Part shown: positions 29,771 through 40,654 of the stretch, one piece after another
Layout of the letters: every line of letters starts with the position of its first letter
Position numbering within the stretch: position 1 is the stretch's first letter
Origin: Candidatus Omnitrophota bacterium
GTDB taxonomy: Bacteria; Ratteibacteria; UBA8468; MWAK01
Direction of reading: 5' to 3'
DNA: 64,000 nt
Assembly (NCBI GenBank): GCA_043826355.1
Contig: JBDRQI010000005.1
Coordinates: forward strand, 48,678 to 112,677
The notes under the pieces: model-generated
Told to the model about the DNA's origin: nothing
Seen by the model: only the letters and a program-made list of their open reading frames with translations
Databases searched by the model: none
Program-made: the position numbers and the translations under genes

Positions 29771-30554
29771 AATCCTTTCTTACGGGTTTATGCAGCGGGC
29801 TATCCTGGCCGGCGTCATAGTCGGCCTCCTCTGTTCCGTCCTCTCCTTATTTGTCGTGCTGAAGCGCCTCTCGTTCATCGGTGTCGGTATCTCTCATTCC
29901 GCCTTTGGCGGCGTAGCGCTCGGTTTTCTGCTGGGCATTGAACCGACCTGGACCGCCGCAATCTTCTGTATTTTAATCGCCCTTTTAATCGGATTGGTCA
30001 AACAACGGGGGAAAATTCAGGAAGATACCACCATCGGCATATTTTTTGCGGCCACGATGGCTTTCGGAATACTCCTGGTGGGTTTGAGCAAACGCTACAA
30101 TATGGACCTCTTCGGGTACCTTTTCGGCAATATCCTGGCAATCAGCGCTTCGGATGTAAAAATGGTCGTTGCGGTAAGTATCGTTGTCCTGTCCGTAATC
30201 GCTGTCTTTTTCAAGGAGTTGTTATTTTACAGTTTTGATGAAGCGATGGCAAAAGTTTCCGGCATTCCGACCGGATTTCTGAACTACCTGCTCCTGACGC
30301 TTCTGGCGCTGGTCACTGTGGTCTCAATCAAGGTGGTCGGCATTGTACTTGTCTCCGCGCTTCTGGTAATTCCGGGCGCTGCCGGCCGGCAGATTTCTTC
30401 CAACTACCGCGGCATGCTGGCGATAGCGATTTTGGCAGGTTTGCTTGCAGTATCCGGCGGCCTGATTCTTTCTTACTTTCTTAATATACCTTCCGGTTCC
30501 ACCATCGTACTTCTGGCAACCCTATTCTTTTTCCTCTCTCTTCTAAAAAGATAA
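29751..30554 (+). CDS. znuB: metal ABC transporter permease
   Basis: ABC-3 family permease, about 265 aa. Confidence 0.85.
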   Translation: MTNTMSEILSYGFMQRAILAGVIVGLLCSVLSLFVVLKRLSFIGVGISHSAFGGVALGFLLGIEPTWTAAIFCILIALLIGLVKQRGKIQEDTTIGIFFAATMAFGILLVGLSKRYNMDLFGYLFGNILAISASDVKMVVAVSIVVLSVIAVFFKELLFYSFDEAMAKVSGIPTGFLNYLLLTLLALVTVVSIKVVGIVLVSALLVIPGAAGRQISSNYRGMLAIAILAGLLAVSGGLILSYFLNIPSGSTIVLLATLFFFLSLLKR

Positions 30555-30556
30555 AA

Positions 30557-30606
30557 CCGCGGGCGGGGATGTAACCCCGCCCCTACAATTTATTGATGTA
30601 AATTTA
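30557..30606. repeat. Family-B palindromic repeat
   Basis: gcgggcggggatgtaaccccgcccctacaa...tgtaaattta. Confidence 0.65.
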
Positions 30607-30628
30607 CTTAATACATTTGGAGCGAAAA

Positions 30629-31483
30629 TTACATCAGGGATTTCTGGAATTCCTTCGCTTCATCCAAGGCCTTCAGAACGTACTCCCGGTCTCCTGCCTG
30701 CAGCGCGCTCTTCCATTCCGCCAACATCTTCTCTAGGACCGACAGATTCTGCAGCAAATATTCCCGGTTGGTCAGGAAGACGTCCTGCCAGACTGAGGGC
30801 TCGCCTGCGGCGATACGGGTAACGTCGCGAAAACCGGTGCCGAGGAACCTCTCCGGCTTTGCAACCGCCAGCCGCTTGACCGTCAGAGCAGCCAGAACCG
30901 CCAGGAGGTGGGGAATATGGCTGGTCGTTGCCAAAATCCGGTCGTGTTCTTCCGGAGAAAGCAGAAACACCCTGCTTCCCAAGCCTTCCCAGAACAATTG
31001 AACCTTCTTTAAATCCGACGGTCCAGTCTTGGATGTAGGCGTTAAAACCGTAACGCGGTTCTCAAAAAGGTTGGGGTCCGCGGCTTCCGGACCGTTTTGC
31101 TCAGACCCGGCAATCGGATGACCGCCGACAAAAGAGAAGTTGCCGGGCAGCGCATCCCCGGCAACTTTCAAGACCGCAGCCTTGGTACTGCAGGCATCCG
31201 TAATCAAACAACGTCTGCTTCCCAAAAAAGGAAGACCGGACTTCAAAAGTTCCAAAACCGCATTGATTGGCGCCGCCAGAATAATCAGGTCGGCGCCAAC
31301 AAGGCCTTCACCCGGGTTAACGGTATAAGAATCAATTGCGTCAACAGCAGCGGCTTTTTTCAGCGATTCCAAGCGTCGGCCCACCCCAACCACTTCCTGC
31401 GCCATTTTCCGCGTTTTCAAACCGGCGCCGATAGACCCGCCGATTAGACCAACTCCGAATATCGCCACTTTTTTAAAAACCAT
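30629..31483 (-). CDS. tyrA: prephenate dehydrogenase
   Basis: Rossmann motif IFGVGLIGGS. Start trimmed to MVFKKVAIFG because the longer ORF reads through the family-B repeat. Confidence 0.8.
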   Translation of the reverse strand: MVFKKVAIFGVGLIGGSIGAGLKTRKMAQEVVGVGRRLESLKKAAAVDAIDSYTVNPGEGLVGADLIILAAPINAVLELLKSGLPFLGSRRCLITDACSTKAAVLKVAGDALPGNFSFVGGHPIAGSEQNGPEAADPNLFENRVTVLTPTSKTGPSDLKKVQLFWEGLGSRVFLLSPEEHDRILATTSHIPHLLAVLAALTVKRLAVAKPERFLGTGFRDVTRIAAGEPSVWQDVFLTNREYLLQNLSVLEKMLAEWKSALQAGDREYVLKALDEAKEFQKSLM

Positions 31484-31494
31484 GCGAGATTTTC

Positions 31495-31610
31495 GTAGGG
31501 GAGGGGTTATATCCCCGCCCGCGGGCTGAAAGTCCGCCTCAGGCGGGAGGGGACACAGTCCTTCCCCTACATTAAAAAATGGATTCCCGTTAACCATATA
31601 CGGGAATGAC
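31495..31610. repeat. Family-B repeat (inverted orientation) followed by a family-A hairpin
   Basis: gtaggggaggggttatatccccgcccgcgggc...cccctac, then attcccgt-N9-acgggaat. Confidence 0.6.
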
Positions 31611-31622
31611 AACGTTTTTGTA

Positions 31623-32432
31623 CTACTCCTTGGCCGGCGCTATCTTCTTCAAGAATGCGCTGAATAATTCCATCGGCAAGGGGAAGACCAGCGTTGAATT
31701 CTTCTCCGAAGCAATTTCGGTGGCAACCTGAAGGTAACGCAATTGGATGCCCAGCGGAGACTGTTCCAGGATTTTGGAAGCGGCCACCAGTTTTTCACTC
31801 GCCTGGAATTCACCCTCGGCCGCGATAATCTTCGCCCGCCGGTTCCGTTCCGCCTCGGCCTGACTGGCCATCGCCCGTTTCATCGTATCCGGCAATTCCA
31901 CTTCCTTAACCTCTACGATGCTGACCTTAACGCCCCAGGGGTCGGTCTGCTCGTCAATAATCTGCTGCAGCCGCTGATTAATCTTCTCCCGTTCCGAAAG
32001 CAGTTCGTCCAGTTCCGACTGGCCCAGGACGCCGCGCAGGGTCGTCTGGGCAATCTGCATCGTCGCCAATTGATAGTTTTCCACGTCAACCACCGCCTTG
32101 GACGGGTCCAGCACCCGGAAATAGATTACCGCATTGACCTTCACCGGAACGTTATCCTTGGTGATAATCTCCTGCGGGGTAACGTCAAAAGTAACGGTGC
32201 GCAAACTGATCTTGACCATCCGGTCCACAATCGGAACCAGGAAAAAAAGGCCCGGCCCCTTGGCGCCGATGAGACGTCCCAGCCGAAAAATTACGCCTCT
32301 TTCGTACTCATTGACAACCCGAATCGTGTTGGCAAGAATAATCAAAACAACTACCCCCAAAAATACCCATGCACCCATTTTACCTCCTATTTTGACATTC
32401 TTTGACCATCCCCCCCACCTTGCCTCCCCCAC
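31623..32432 (-). CDS. SPFH/band 7 (stomatin-like) family protein
   Basis: N-terminal TM then the SPFH domain ([16 protein letters not shown]...). Confidence 0.85.
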   Translation of the reverse strand: MGEARWGGWSKNVKIGGKMGAWVFLGVVVLIILANTIRVVNEYERGVIFRLGRLIGAKGPGLFFLVPIVDRMVKISLRTVTFDVTPQEIITKDNVPVKVNAVIYFRVLDPSKAVVDVENYQLATMQIAQTTLRGVLGQSELDELLSEREKINQRLQQIIDEQTDPWGVKVSIVEVKEVELPDTMKRAMASQAEAERNRRAKIIAAEGEFQASEKLVAASKILEQSPLGIQLRYLQVATEIASEKNSTLVFPLPMELFSAFLKKIAPAKE

Positions 32433-33027
32433 CAGGGGGGAAAAGTTCAGGATGGCAAGTTCTACTGCCGGGTTTTACCAGCGGAATCTGCTGCCGGCAG
32501 AACAAGCAGTCGTCCGGCGGAAAAGTGGTTAAAGGAAGCTGTAGGAGAACTTCCTTCCGCACCCCGAAATCCTTTGGTTGGCTGCTCCGCTCGGCAACCG
32601 CGGCCACTCCGCAGATTTCCGCCTGAAAAGATTTAACCAGCGTTATCACCTCCCGGATAGAACCACCGGTAGTGATTACATCTTCTACCACCAGGACCTT
32701 TTCTCCTTTCCGAATTTCAAAACCGCGGCGCAAGGTAAAAACGCCTTCCTGCCGCTCGGCGAAGATTGCCCGGCTGCCTTTCAAACCTCCGGCCACCGCA
32801 AAAGCGATAACCACTCCGCCCAGGGCCGGGCCGATAACAACTGAAATGCGCTCACCCCGAAACCGGCTTGCCAATTCCCCGCCGAGTAAAAGAGCTGTGG
32901 CCGGCTCCTGCAAAACAAGGGCGGCCTGCAAATACCGATCGCTGTGGAGGCCGGAAGAAAGAAGAAAGTGGCCGGTCAGAAGAGCATTACTTTGCTCAAA
33001 AATTTTCAGAATTTCTGCTTGTTCCAC
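32380..33027 (-). CDS. pyrE: orotate phosphoribosyltransferase
   Basis: PRPP-binding motif [13 protein letters not shown]. Confidence 0.85.
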   Translation of the reverse strand: MEQAEILKIFEQSNALLTGHFLLSSGLHSDRYLQAALVLQEPATALLLGGELASRFRGERISVVIGPALGGVVIAFAVAGGLKGSRAIFAERQEGVFTLRRGFEIRKGEKVLVVEDVITTGGSIREVITLVKSFQAEICGVAAVAERSSQPKDFGVRKEVLLQLPLTTFPPDDCLFCRQQIPLVKPGSRTCHPELFPPGGGGKVGGMVKECQNRR

Positions 33028-33106
33028 CCTCCCCCTTCCCTCGCCCCCTCCCGCCTACGCCAAAGATTCGGCGGGCACAGCCCGCCAGCCAGGAGAGGAG
33101 AATTGG

Positions 33107-34255
33107 TTATTCATGTTTATAAATCACCAGGCCGCTGGGAATTTTGGGATAAAAACAGGTGCTCTTGCGCGGCAGAATCACTTCCTTTTCCCAGACCTCG
33201 TGGAGCCGATTGGGCAAAAGAGGCGGCAGGAAAAAAGCGACCCCGCCTTCCCGGTGCACCATGTCCAAAAGCGATTGCGCGTCCGGGTCAAAAGAGACCT
33301 CGTCATCGCTCCGAGTAAGAATCTGATTGATAATTGTCCGTTGTAAAAAAGAAACCTCTAATTCCGCTCCTTTTTCTTCGGGAACGGCAAACCGGAAAAA
33401 TTTACCGGCAACCGTTGCCCCGAGCCAGCCGGAAGAAAGGTTGCCCACCAAACTCCTCAAGTCCGGTTCCGGCTGGAATTGAAACCGTTCCCAAACCGGG
33501 GCGAGGTCCTGTTCCTTCAATCCGGGAAGATACCGGTGGAAAGGCAAAACCGTGGTGTCGTCCGAAAAGGAATTCAGAAAGTAAGTCAGAACAAATCCGC
33601 AGGATCTGTTCCCCTGCTGCATAAAATGCTGATAAGCGCTGCTGTAACGGTGGTGTCCGTCCGCGATAAAAACCTTCTGGCCGGCAAAAATTTCCGGCAA
33701 CTCCGGAACCGGCCCTATCTTCCAGAGAGAAAATTTGACTCCGCGGTCGTCCTCATAAGCAATAAACGGCGGTTTCTTTTCCGCTTCGGCGGCAATCGTT
33801 TCCGCCGTCATTTTCCGGTCGCGGTAAAGGATGATAATCGGACAGAAATTAGCTTCCACTTCGCCGAGCAGTTGAAACTGTTCCTGCCGGATGCCGGGGA
33901 TGGTCTCTTCGTGCGGATAGACAGAACCCTTTTTCAGTTCTTCCAGCCCGAGCAGCGCAACCAGTCCCCGGCCGACGCGCGGGAAACCGTTAAATTGGTA
34001 GTCCTGCCGGCACCAGTAAAACGCGGGTTTCTCATCCTGAAAAAAGACCGGCTGCTCCAGCCAGCTCCGAAAATCCCGTTTCGCCGCCGCAAAACTCTCC
34101 GGCAGGATAAGCCGCACAACGTTGTGGGAGCTGCGTTCCAGCAGACAATTTTTTTCTTCGGGTGAAATCACATCATACGGCGGCGCCAACAACCCCCAGT
34201 ACGAATTCCGTTCGGGCCGGTAAAAGAATCCTTGAAAGGGGACAATTTTAGCCAT
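33107..34255 (-). CDS. DUF1015 domain protein
   Basis: N-terminal IVPFQGFFYRP...LAPPYDVIS, the DUF1015 hallmark. Confidence 0.75.
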   Translation of the reverse strand: MAKIVPFQGFFYRPERNSYWGLLAPPYDVISPEEKNCLLERSSHNVVRLILPESFAAAKRDFRSWLEQPVFFQDEKPAFYWCRQDYQFNGFPRVGRGLVALLGLEELKKGSVYPHEETIPGIRQEQFQLLGEVEANFCPIIILYRDRKMTAETIAAEAEKKPPFIAYEDDRGVKFSLWKIGPVPELPEIFAGQKVFIADGHHRYSSAYQHFMQQGNRSCGFVLTYFLNSFSDDTTVLPFHRYLPGLKEQDLAPVWERFQFQPEPDLRSLVGNLSSGWLGATVAGKFFRFAVPEEKGAELEVSFLQRTIINQILTRSDDEVSFDPDAQSLLDMVHREGGVAFFLPPLLPNRLHEVWEKEVILPRKSTCFYPKIPSGLVIYKHE

Positions 34256-34284
34256 AAGTTAACGGGATGCAGATTTACATAAAT

Positions 34285-34375
34285 AAAAAATTCTGTCATA
34301 CCCGCGTGTAGTAAACGGGGATACAGGAAAAAGTTACGAGTAGTTTAGATTCCCGCTTACGACGTGCGGGAATGA
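34285..34375. repeat. Composite family-A hairpin repeat pair
   Basis: tcatacccgcgtgtagtaaacggggata then attcccgc-ttacgacgt-gcgggaat. Same architecture as 1029-1100. Confidence 0.65.
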
Positions 34376-34408
34376 TAATCTTTTACTAACTGTCAGTGCC
34401 AAGAATTA

Positions 34409-36454
34409 TCACCAGAAACCTTCTTCGTAACCTTCTCCCGGAACAATCAGCTTTAAACTTCCCTGCTGAGGGAACCTTTTCAGGATATGGCTATTCCGCA
34501 GGATTTCAAGATAAAATTCAAACCCGGAACCGGAAATTAGATTCAGCGCTTTCCAGGGAAAAGCAACTTCAATAATATCATCCTGCGCAATCGGGAAAGG
34601 ATAACTTTGTGGAACTATTTTACCATTTTTCGCCTTAAAACTCCATTGCCCGGCGAAACCGAAATTAAGAGCGAAGATAAAACCGTCCTCTTCGGCGGCG
34701 GCCGGGTCTAAATCTATCCTGAGATAAAGGTTCTCCCGGTCCCAGCCGAAATAAAAATCATCAATTAACGCTCCCTGCTGCTGGTGCATCGCGCCGGAAA
34801 GAAGCCCCTCAACCAGGTGACCAGCGCCCAGCCATTCATAATAACTGGTTACCCGGCCATCAATCTCCGGCTGAATCGGGTTTTTGGGAAGATGAACCTC
34901 CTCTTTCCGGGATTCTTTGATGAACTTCTGTAGCTCTTCCGGTCCCTTTTCACCCTGGAACCGGTAAAAATTAAGCAGAAACAGCCGGAATAAAGCATCG
35001 AATTCCTGGTCCCGGCCGGAATAATGTTCCGGGGAGAACCACCAGAACCAGTCGCTCCCCTCTGCGGCCAAAATAGAGTTCCGGGCCGGTTCTTTAATCT
35101 CCTCCATTTTACGGCTCTGCCGCGCCTTCGCCACCGCAGCCCAGGCAAAATCGGCCGCCGGATAACCGGACCAGATGTGTAAATCCTGGTTAATCCAGGA
35201 ACCGGTGTGGATGCGGTTCAGGGGCAAGGTTCTGGCCTCGGACAGAGATTGACTCACTGTGCAGGTTTTAAATTCTTTCCGCTCGCTGAACATTGCGTAC
35301 AGGTTCGTCAGAAACGGCACGCCGTTTTCCGGATAAGATTCCCAGGCATTTTCACCATCCAAGATGATGCTGGCCGCACCCGGGCCACCCCCAATCAGGT
35401 CCTTGATGCGCAAAAGGTCCTCACAAAGATCGTCCGAGGCCGCTTTTGCTTCCTGAAAATGATAGGCAAAACCGATCTTATCGGAAATACGCCGGTCGCG
35501 AAAGAGCACTTTAATCTTCCCGGCATCGCTTTGATAGGTGTACGGTTGGTAAATACCTTCGGCCGGTAGTCCGCCGCCACCCAAAGAACGTCTTAGAATC
35601 CCTTCATCGGTGGCAGTCCAGGAAAACCCTTCCCGCGTTAAGAGGTTAAGCGTTTCATTGCTCACCGCACCTTCCGAAGGCCAGCAACCGGCCGGGTCGC
35701 TCCCGAAGATCTCCCGATGGAATTCCCGCGCCATCCGAACCTGCAAAACGGCGTCTTCGGGCAGGGGCTGGGGACCGGAAAGAAGCAGCGGCAGGATGGG
35801 GTGGTAATAAGGAGAGGTTGAAATCTCAACCTGGCCTTCCTCCGACATCTTCTTCCATAAAGGAATGACCCTGGCTATAATTTCATACTGAAAATCAAGC
35901 AGGACCGTCTTCTCCTCTTCAGTGTAATCGCGGCCTTTCCGGACGAGTTCCTTCAGTATGCCTTCTTCCTGCCGCAGGGTTGGATGAAACCAGGCCAGAT
36001 TAAAAAGGACCTGGAGGTCGCGCCATTCCGGCATCGAAAAATCACCCACCCTTTCTTCCAATTCTTCGCTGGAAGCGGTACGGCCCCGTTTGCCTAAGAG
36101 TTGCCGGTAGCGCGGAAACAACGTGACCATCGTCTCCCAATTCAGGGAAAAGAAGTTGCTCAGAAGAAATAACTGTTCTTCGGAATTCAGGGCGTCGGCC
36201 GGCCGGTAGCTTAAATCCAGGAACTTGTCGGATGGACGACGTTTCAGGATGTCAAGAATCTGGCTGGCTAAAACCGGCGTGACATTGAACGTTGCCTTTA
36301 TCTCCGGAAAACGGTTTAAGGTAAGAGCGAAACCGTAATAGTCCTTGATGGCGTGCAGCCGCACCCAGGGCATCCGGTAAACACCGGCAGCATAATCCAG
36401 ATAACAGGGTTGGTGGAAGTGCCACACGAAAACAACCGGCAGAGGTTTAGACAT
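34409..36454 (-). CDS. glycoside hydrolase family 57 protein (alpha-glucan branching/amylase-type)
   Basis: N-terminal VWHFHQP motif and GH57 catalytic region. Confidence 0.75.
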   Translation of the reverse strand: MSKPLPVVFVWHFHQPCYLDYAAGVYRMPWVRLHAIKDYYGFALTLNRFPEIKATFNVTPVLASQILDILKRRPSDKFLDLSYRPADALNSEEQLFLLSNFFSLNWETMVTLFPRYRQLLGKRGRTASSEELEERVGDFSMPEWRDLQVLFNLAWFHPTLRQEEGILKELVRKGRDYTEEEKTVLLDFQYEIIARVIPLWKKMSEEGQVEISTSPYYHPILPLLLSGPQPLPEDAVLQVRMAREFHREIFGSDPAGCWPSEGAVSNETLNLLTREGFSWTATDEGILRRSLGGGGLPAEGIYQPYTYQSDAGKIKVLFRDRRISDKIGFAYHFQEAKAASDDLCEDLLRIKDLIGGGPGAASIILDGENAWESYPENGVPFLTNLYAMFSERKEFKTCTVSQSLSEARTLPLNRIHTGSWINQDLHIWSGYPAADFAWAAVAKARQSRKMEEIKEPARNSILAAEGSDWFWWFSPEHYSGRDQEFDALFRLFLLNFYRFQGEKGPEELQKFIKESRKEEVHLPKNPIQPEIDGRVTSYYEWLGAGHLVEGLLSGAMHQQQGALIDDFYFGWDRENLYLRIDLDPAAAEEDGFIFALNFGFAGQWSFKAKNGKIVPQSYPFPIAQDDIIEVAFPWKALNLISGSGFEFYLEILRNSHILKRFPQQGSLKLIVPGEGYEEGFW

Positions 36455-36466
36455 TGTAGTATCCCC

Positions 36467-37966
36467 TTACCTTGCATCCTCTCCCCGATGGGAAAAGGTA
36501 GGGTGAGGGGAAATCATGGAACGGTATAACGCCAGATATTTTTGGGCGGAACTTGACCAGGAAAAATCAGAAGCAAAAGCGCTGGAAACCAATTTTGTCC
36601 AATCCTTTTTATTGCGGTAAACAACGGCAGCCTTTTGAAGAATGTCAAGCAGGTTCGCGGCTTTAGGCGGAACAAAACTGAATCCGTTTCCACTGGTACC
36701 GTCAAAATTAACAACCGAATCGGCCAATCCGCCGGTCTTGCGCACAACCGGAACGGTGCCGTAGCGGAGGGCTATCATCTGGCCCAGGCCGCAGGGTTCA
36801 AAGAGGGAAGGCATCAGGAAAAAGTCGACGCCGCCGTAAATCAGGTGGGCCAACTCTTCGTTATAACCGGTCCTGAACCCAAAAACACCTTCGTATTTTT
36901 GGGCGGCTGATTCAAAAAATTTTTCATAATCCGGACTCCCGCTGCCCAGGATAACCAGTTTAAATCCCTGTTTCAAAATTTGCGGCAATGCCTCCATTAT
37001 CATATCAAAACCTTTGGGCGGCACCAGGCGGCTCACCACGCCCAAAAGCGGATTATCCGATTGTTTCAAAGAAAATCGGCGGAACAATTCCGCCTTGTTT
37101 TCGGATTTCCCGAATAACCTCTCTTTTCCATAATTATATTTAAGCAACGGGTCGGTTTCCGGATTCCAATACCGGTAATCAATTCCGTTCAAGATGCCGA
37201 TAAGGTCCTTTGCCCGTTTGTTTAAAACTCCTTCCAGTTTCTGCCCGAACTCTTCGGTTTTAATCTCCTCGCTGTACGTGGGGCTGACCGTGGTAATCCG
37301 GTCCGCCCAGAGAAGTCCGGCTTTAAGCAGGTTGATTTTACCGTAGAATTCCAGTCCTTCCGGGTTAAAAAGCCGGTCCGGGAGAGAGAGTATCGACCAT
37401 TCATCTTTCGGGAAGATACCCTGGTAACCCAGATTGTGAATAGTCATAATGCTTTTCATCTTCCGGTAAAACGGGTCCGCCAAAAACAGCTCCTTCAAAT
37501 ACACCGGCACCAGGCCGGTGTGCCAATCGTGGCAGTGCACGATATCCGGTTGAAAGTTGAGACCGGCCATAGACCAAATAGCGGCGTAGGAGAAAAAACC
37601 GAACCGCAAAAGATTATCCGGGTAATCTTTGCCGGCCAGTCCGTAAATGGCGTCCCGGCCGAATAGTTCCGGCTGGTCGCAAAAAAGATACTCCACCCTC
37701 TGCTTTTGCAGGGAAAGAATCCGGAAGGCCCGGTCTTTGCCGGCAAAATTGAGCGTCGCTTCCAGGACCACCGAACATTCCTTTTCAAAATTAACGAGCC
37801 GGCGGTAAAAGGGCAGGATAATCTTGACTTCTACATCCAGGCCGGTTTTCGGCGAAGGGGACCCGGCCAGGAATTCCGGCAGGGAACCGATTACATCCGC
37901 CAGTCCGCCGGTCTTGAAGAACGGTACCGATTCTGCCGCCGTAAAAAGTATTTTTGTTTTCATCAT
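36467..37966 (-). CDS. glgA: glycogen synthase
   Basis: KTGGLADV motif. Start trimmed to MKTKILF. Confidence 0.9.
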   Translation of the reverse strand: MMKTKILFTAAESVPFFKTGGLADVIGSLPEFLAGSPSPKTGLDVEVKIILPFYRRLVNFEKECSVVLEATLNFAGKDRAFRILSLQKQRVEYLFCDQPELFGRDAIYGLAGKDYPDNLLRFGFFSYAAIWSMAGLNFQPDIVHCHDWHTGLVPVYLKELFLADPFYRKMKSIMTIHNLGYQGIFPKDEWSILSLPDRLFNPEGLEFYGKINLLKAGLLWADRITTVSPTYSEEIKTEEFGQKLEGVLNKRAKDLIGILNGIDYRYWNPETDPLLKYNYGKERLFGKSENKAELFRRFSLKQSDNPLLGVVSRLVPPKGFDMIMEALPQILKQGFKLVILGSGSPDYEKFFESAAQKYEGVFGFRTGYNEELAHLIYGGVDFFLMPSLFEPCGLGQMIALRYGTVPVVRKTGGLADSVVNFDGTSGNGFSFVPPKAANLLDILQKAAVVYRNKKDWTKLVSSAFASDFSWSSSAQKYLALYRSMISPHPTFSHRGEDAR

Positions 37967-38079
37967 AATATTTAGTTTATCATATTGATTGTAGATTTGA
38001 CGAGTAATTAACAATAACTTTGACAAAAAACCATCGTGCGGTATGGTATAATAAATATTTAACAACAGGGAGGCGTGAA

Positions 38080-38478
38080 ATGGTCAAATTGGGTGAACGG
38101 ATACAGGAAGCGGATTGGAAGACGGAGAAACACGTTCCGGCGATTGACGGCCCGGACAAGGTGAAAGCGGGTGAATTCTTTGAAGTGAAAGTGGCCGTGG
38201 GAAAGGAGATTGCGCACCCGAACACCACCGAACATCACATCCGGTGGATTACGCTCTTCTTCCACCCGGAGGGTGAAAAGTTTTCCTTCCAGGTCGGCCA
38301 CTATGAATTCACCGGTCACGGCGAATCAATCCAGGGGCCGAACACGGGCCCGGTTTACACCCACCCCGGAATCACCACTTCGTTGAAAATCGATAAGCCG
38401 GGCGCGCTCTACGCTCTGGCCCTGTGCAACATTCACGGATTGTGGCAATCCGCCAGGGAAATTGCGGTGAACAGTTAA
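38080..38478 (+). CDS. superoxide reductase (neelaredoxin-type 1Fe-SOR)
   Basis: EKHVPAI...H...H and C-terminal CNIHGLW. Start at MVKLGERIQ. Confidence 0.85.
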   Translation: MVKLGERIQEADWKTEKHVPAIDGPDKVKAGEFFEVKVAVGKEIAHPNTTEHHIRWITLFFHPEGEKFSFQVGHYEFTGHGESIQGPNTGPVYTHPGITTSLKIDKPGALYALALCNIHGLWQSAREIAVNS

Positions 38479-38522
38479 TCATGAACGGTGAACGGTAACT
38501 GCTGACTACGGTGAGGAGAAAA

Positions 38523-38657
38523 ATGGCTAACGTTAAGAATGCGGGCGAGGTCTATAAATGCGAAGTCTGCGGCAATACCGTCCAGGTGCTGGCGGTGGGC
38601 GGCGGTGAACTGGTCTGCTGCGGACAGCCGATGACGCTGACTGAAGAAAAGAAATAA
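38523..38657 (+). CDS. desulforedoxin
   Basis: 44-aa ORF with [11 protein letters not shown]...ELVCCGQPM, i.e. CxxC...CC. Below the 60-aa cutoff of the ORF track. RBS GAGGAG upstream. Confidence 0.7.
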   Translation: MANVKNAGEVYKCEVCGNTVQVLAVGGGELVCCGQPMTLTEEKK

Positions 38658-38759
38658 AAAAGATGCGCATACTGGCCCTCCGTCGCAATACGGACGCCTC
38701 GCGAACGGGCGGCTTCGCCGCCACTCGACGTCCATGCTATGGCGGGCAAAGGAGACTAA

Positions 38760-38918
38760 ATGGATAAATGGCGCTGTCTGGTCTGCGGATATATTTATGA
38801 CCCGTCACTCGGGGACCCGGAAAACGGAATCAACCCGGGAACCTCTTTCGAACAACTCCCGGAAACCTGGGTCTGTCCGGAGTGCGGCGTGGGAAAGGAC
38901 CAGTTTGAAAAGATCTGA
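38760..38918 (+). CDS. rubredoxin
   Basis: 52-aa [18 protein letters not shown]...[22 protein letters not shown]. Stop overlaps the korA start (TGATG). Confidence 0.85.
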   Translation: MDKWRCLVCGYIYDPSLGDPENGINPGTSFEQLPETWVCPECGVGKDQFEKI

Positions 38919-40654
38919 TGGAACAAAATGAGATTGCTTTCAAGATTGCCGGCGAGGCGGGCCAAGGGCTGAACGTTTCCACCCTGAATCTGGCCAGAAC
39001 GTTCACCCGGAAAGGTTTCCACGCTTTTCTGCTGACCGATAACCCCAACTCCATAAAACTGGAGCCCGCCTGGTGTTCCCTGAGGATAAGCACCCACTTG
39101 ATAGCCAGCCAGACCGAACGGGTTGACATTCTGGTGGCCTTAAAACCTGACGCCCTCCTGCATCACCAGGCAGAGATGTCGGACAACGGCTTCATTATCT
39201 ACGACAAAGAGGCTGCAAACCCGGAAGGCGAAAAAGGGAGCGCGAAGATTAAATACCTGCCGGTACCGCTTTCCGGAATAGCCAAAGAGATGAAAGCCCC
39301 GGATTTAATACGCAACACTATCGCCCTGGGCGCTTTTCTGTCTTTGATTGACTGCCGACCGGACGGGATGGAAGAGATTATAACCGAGGGCTTCGCGCGT
39401 AAAGGCGAAGCGGTCATCAAGCAAAATATCTCGGCGCTGAAAGCCGGTTTCAATTTTGTGCAAAGCAATTACGGAAATTTTATCCGGAAACGTTTACCCG
39501 AGGAGAACGGGCCGGCCCGTTTATTTCTAACCGGGAACGAGGCGCTTTCGCTCGGGGCCGTTAAAGCCGGCTGTAAACTGCTGGCCGCCTACCCGATGAC
39601 ACCTTCCTCACCCATTCTCCATTACATCGCTTCCAAGGAGCAGGAATATAATATCGTGGTCAAGCATACCGAAGATGAGATTGCCGCCATCAATATGGCC
39701 ATCGGCGCCAATTTTGCCGGAGTGCGAGCGATGACCTGCACTTCAGGCGGCGGTTTCTCCCTGATGGTGGAAGCGTTGGGCATGGCGGCGCAAAGCGAAA
39801 CGCCGGTCGTGGTGGTGGTCGGCCAGCGTCCTGGACCAAGCACCGGCCAGCCGACCCACACCGGCCAGGGAGAATTGCAGTTTTTAATCTCCGCTTCGCA
39901 GGGTGAATTTCCCAGAATCATTATTGCGCCCGGCGACGCGGCCGAGACCTTCCGGGAGACTTTTAACGCCTTCAATCTGGCGGAAAAGTTCCAGGTCCCG
40001 GTTCTCATCCTGACCGACAAATACCTGGCGGAAAGTTACGCCGACTGGCCGGAACTTAAAGATGATGACTTGAAGATTGACCGCGGTAAGTTATTAACCG
40101 AAGCGCAATTATCCGCGGAAAAAGATTACCGGCGCTATCGGATTACGCCCGACGGAATTTCTCCCCGGTCCACCCCTTCCCAAAAGAACGGCATTCACGT
40201 CGCCACCAGTTATGAACACGATGAATCCGGCTGGTACCAGGAAAACCCGGTTGGAGTTAAAACGATGTACGACAAGCGGTTCGCCAAAATGCCCTTTATT
40301 CTGAAGGAGATGAAAGAACCAAAACTTTACGGACCGGATGAGGCGCAAATAACGCTCCTGGCCTGGGGTTCCACCAAAGGCCCGGCTCTGGAAGCCCTGG
40401 AACGCCTGGCGAACAAAGGCATAACAGCCAACCTGATTCACCTAACCTACCTGTGGCCGCTGCCTGTTGAAACGCTGTCCGGATTGATTGAAAGCGCGCA
40501 GCAAACGCTGATGGTTGAGGGCAACCATAACGGACAATTAGCGCAGGTCATCCGCCAGGAGACCGGTTTAAAAATTAACCATATTTTGACAAAATATGAC
40601 GGACAGCCTTTCTACCCGGCTGACATTTGCGCAAAAGTCAAGGAGATTATTTAA
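38918..40654 (+). CDS. korA: 2-oxoacid:ferredoxin oxidoreductase alpha subunit (gamma-alpha fusion)
   Basis: N-terminal gamma-like domain, then the alpha-subunit core; 578 aa. Confidence 0.85.
   Translation: MEQNEIAFKIAGEAGQGLNVSTLNLARTFTRKGFHAFLLTDNPNSIKLEPAWCSLRISTHLIASQTERVDILVALKPDALLHHQAEMSDNGFIIYDKEAANPEGEKGSAKIKYLPVPLSGIAKEMKAPDLIRNTIALGAFLSLIDCRPDGMEEIITEGFARKGEAVIKQNISALKAGFNFVQSNYGNFIRKRLPEENGPARLFLTGNEALSLGAVKAGCKLLAAYPMTPSSPILHYIASKEQEYNIVVKHTEDEIAAINMAIGANFAGVRAMTCTSGGGFSLMVEALGMAAQSETPVVVVVGQRPGPSTGQPTHTGQGELQFLISASQGEFPRIIIAPGDAAETFRETFNAFNLAEKFQVPVLILTDKYLAESYADWPELKDDDLKIDRGKLLTEAQLSAEKDYRRYRITPDGISPRSTPSQKNGIHVATSYEHDESGWYQENPVGVKTMYDKRFAKMPFILKEMKEPKLYGPDEAQITLLAWGSTKGPALEALERLANKGITANLIHLTYLWPLPVETLSGLIESAQQTLMVEGNHNGQLAQVIRQETGLKINHILTKYDGQPFYPADICAKVKEII

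Noticed and set aside
30629-31612. Long N-terminal extension of the tyrA ORF
   Set aside because: The extension reads through the family-B palindromic repeat and the Rossmann motif begins at MVFKK, so the start was trimmed to 31483. The same logic trims glgA to 37966 and the SOR gene to 38080.
31743-32405. 220-aa plus-strand ORF
   Set aside because: Antisense to the SPFH gene; no recognisable domain.
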